A stretch of DNA of 64,000 nucleotides, taken from NCBI RefSeq assembly GCF_001194135.2, contig NC_068995.1, positions 10,193,433 to 10,257,432 on the forward strand. Direction: 5' to 3'. This stretch comes from Octopus bimaculoides. Taxonomy: Eukaryota. Positions 61,519 to 64,000 of the stretch are shown here, one piece after another. Each line of letters opens with the position of its first letter. The first letter of the stretch is position 1. Below the pieces are notes generated by a model. The model did no database searches and was not told the origin of the DNA. It saw nothing but the letters and a program-made list of their open reading frames with translations. The position numbers and the translations under genes were made by a program.

Positions 61519-63964
61519 TATAAATATGCATGCATGTTTGTATGTGAGTGTATAAGTTCACAGACATATGTATACATTCACGTGGTCATTCAATATTTTG
61601 TTGTTTTCCTATAAAGATATCAGCAATGCCAAATATTACACGTACTCATATGTGTGTGTGTGTGTAGATAGACAGATAATACGTACGTGCATACATTTAT
61701 ATACACATTCACATATACGAGTATAGGTGTGTGTGTGCGTGTGTGTAGATAGATAGATAGATATTCATGCAAATAAGTTGTGGGCAAGAGGACTGAGTGA
61801 ATATAGCAAGCGAGACGATGAATGATAATCGGCTATTTGCAGTATAATTAAGAATGAATAGACGGTAAATATAAAGCGCAAGATAGTATCAACAATACAC
61901 TGTGCGTGTGTGTGTGTGTGTGTTTATTTATTTATTTGGTAAACGAATATTTGTTGAATTTGCACTTATATGTTTGGGGACAGCCACTTATCTAAAAGTT
62001 TACGTGATTCATAGACGAAAGTATGTAAAACATACGAGATAACATTTCAAGATAGTGCAGTAGATAGATATTATTACTGAATATAAAAGTTTGCCACAGA
62101 GGTCTCAGGGTCGGATCGAACACTGCGGATAAAACATGTATTGGTGATGGCTGTAGTCACTGGTATTAATAAGGGTTTGTTTGAAATATGGATAAAAACC
62201 AACCGCAAAGATTACTCTAGGTTTAAACGAATTCTGCAGAAATAGTTGCTTAGACGATCTCACTGCTTTTTCTTGCGGGGGGGGGGGCTGGCTTTGGAAG
62301 GTTTCTTCTATGGAGAAGCTAGATTTTTCGTAAAATGAAAATGAAGTCACAATCTGCCGACTTCGTTAGAAAAAGGCCATACATTTATAAAATATTTTTT
62401 TAGGTTCACGATTATTTTGCAACATTAAAATTATTCCATATAAAGAAACAACGTAGTCACCTAAAAACAATACTTAATAATCTTGTCTGCAATATGTCTA
62501 TAAATTACTATTTTCCTTATTCTTTAATGTTTTCAATGACACTACAGCATGGGAGTTTTAGGCATTGTAGTTTTACTGATAAAATTAAATAATTTTTCGT
62601 CTCCTTTCAAATGAATAACCGAAAATATGGGAAAGAAAACTCACCTGGTTTACTCCACCATTTTCTTTTGATGTAACAACCCCAACAAAAATTATTGTAA
62701 GTTTTATTAAAACACTTCAATCCTATGCATACATTACATAAAAGCGACCCGCAATCACTTCGACACCTGACGTTATATACCATGTACCTGTTCAGATAAT
62801 GTCGATTTGATAGAGTGAGGAGTGAACTGATGTTCAGCACAAAATATTTGATGATTATAAACAAATAATGTGTGTTTCTTGTTCAGCAACATATTTCAGA
62901 ACCGTCTTTCACAGTCTACATAAGATTATCATCATCATTAACCCTATTGCTACTAAATAAATACGGCCTCTAAAATATATATCTCCCTCCCAAGAATATT
63001 GTCTAGCTAATACCATGCTGTCGTAAATATTAATACATCTTTTTTACTAATATCGGCATTCGAAAACATTTTAAAATACGATTTCATCAGCATGACTATA
63101 CATTCAGACACTTCTTAAAAAGTACTCGCACTTTGTGCATTCTGATATTTGGCCTCTAACTAATTTTGATATAGACTTTAGCATCTCGCGGAAATTTCCA
63201 CCTTTCGCTCGACCCTCTGACTATAAGAAAGAACCACGTCGACCTTATACATATGAAAACTTGGAAATCATATTCTCAAAACCCGCGCTGTTAAATAAAA
63301 TTTTTGAACTTCCACACTGTGAGAAAAAAATATATTTTTACGAAAACAAGATATTTTAATCCTACGAATGTTTTATAATGGCCAACATACTAATGAAGCC
63401 AAGCTCCATTAGATGGTCCTTTAATCTTAATACAAAGCTGTATGGAAACTCTTTCTCAATAGTATTCCTCACTAACTTTTTCACATTAAGTTTATCGTTT
63501 TCACCCTAGTTTATTCAAACCTACTTCTAATTAACATCAACCATTATCATATTTACTAAACCTTTTATTTTTTTTCAACTGTATTCTCCTTCTCACTGCG
63601 TACACTGAACTTCATTACACACTACCATTCCTCATTCCACCAAGATACATTTTCATTCCTTCGATACATGCTTATATTTATGGATCGTTCTGATAAGGTG
63701 TCCTCTCTAATTAGCTTTTTACAAATATATACTCCTCTTCAGGTTAGTTCTACATTTCTTATAAACTACCCCACAATTATACTGATAAATATCCATATAT
63801 GTGCGAGCATAAATATATACATGTGTATTTGTCATATATAGATAAACGTATATGCATATGAGTGTATAATTTATAACCCTAACCACATAATTACTTCTGT
63901 GTTTTTGAATTTCATACACATATATGTTATGATTTATGTGCCTGTATGTAAATATATGTGCATA

Positions 63965-64000
<36 letters not shown>

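Overview
AT-rich, microsatellite-saturated eukaryotic DNA with 12 N-gaps, mostly next to (TA)n tracts. The repeat content points to a coleoid cephalopod, most likely Octopus (inference from remembered SINE sequences, not a database search). I could not identify any intact gene; almost all ORFs in the track are artefacts of simple repeats or gaps. The window is mostly transposon remnants: about 30 copies of two tRNA-derived SINE families plus one copy of a third, eight fragments of R4/Dong-like restriction-like-endonuclease (RLE) LINEs, two CR1-clade LINE remnants, a Penelope GIY-YIG remnant, three mariner derivatives and two foldback/MITE-like hairpins. It also holds a ~550-bp non-coding repeat that always lies between trinucleotide tracts. 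A few GC-richer islands with splice-like signals (31.7-32.0, 34.8-35.2, 47.65, 51.4, 62.6 kb) may be exons of a long-intron gene. Best leads: (1) a 3' tail motif CATGGCC-[stem-loop]-AAAC shared, with compensatory stem changes, by SINE family 1 and two CR1-type LINEs; (2) a possible (TAA)n-targeting system of R4/Dong LINEs plus the 550-bp non-autonomous element; (3) a cluster of hammerhead-core motifs at 18.5-18.7 kb. Most boundaries are approximate (about +/-10-20 bp).
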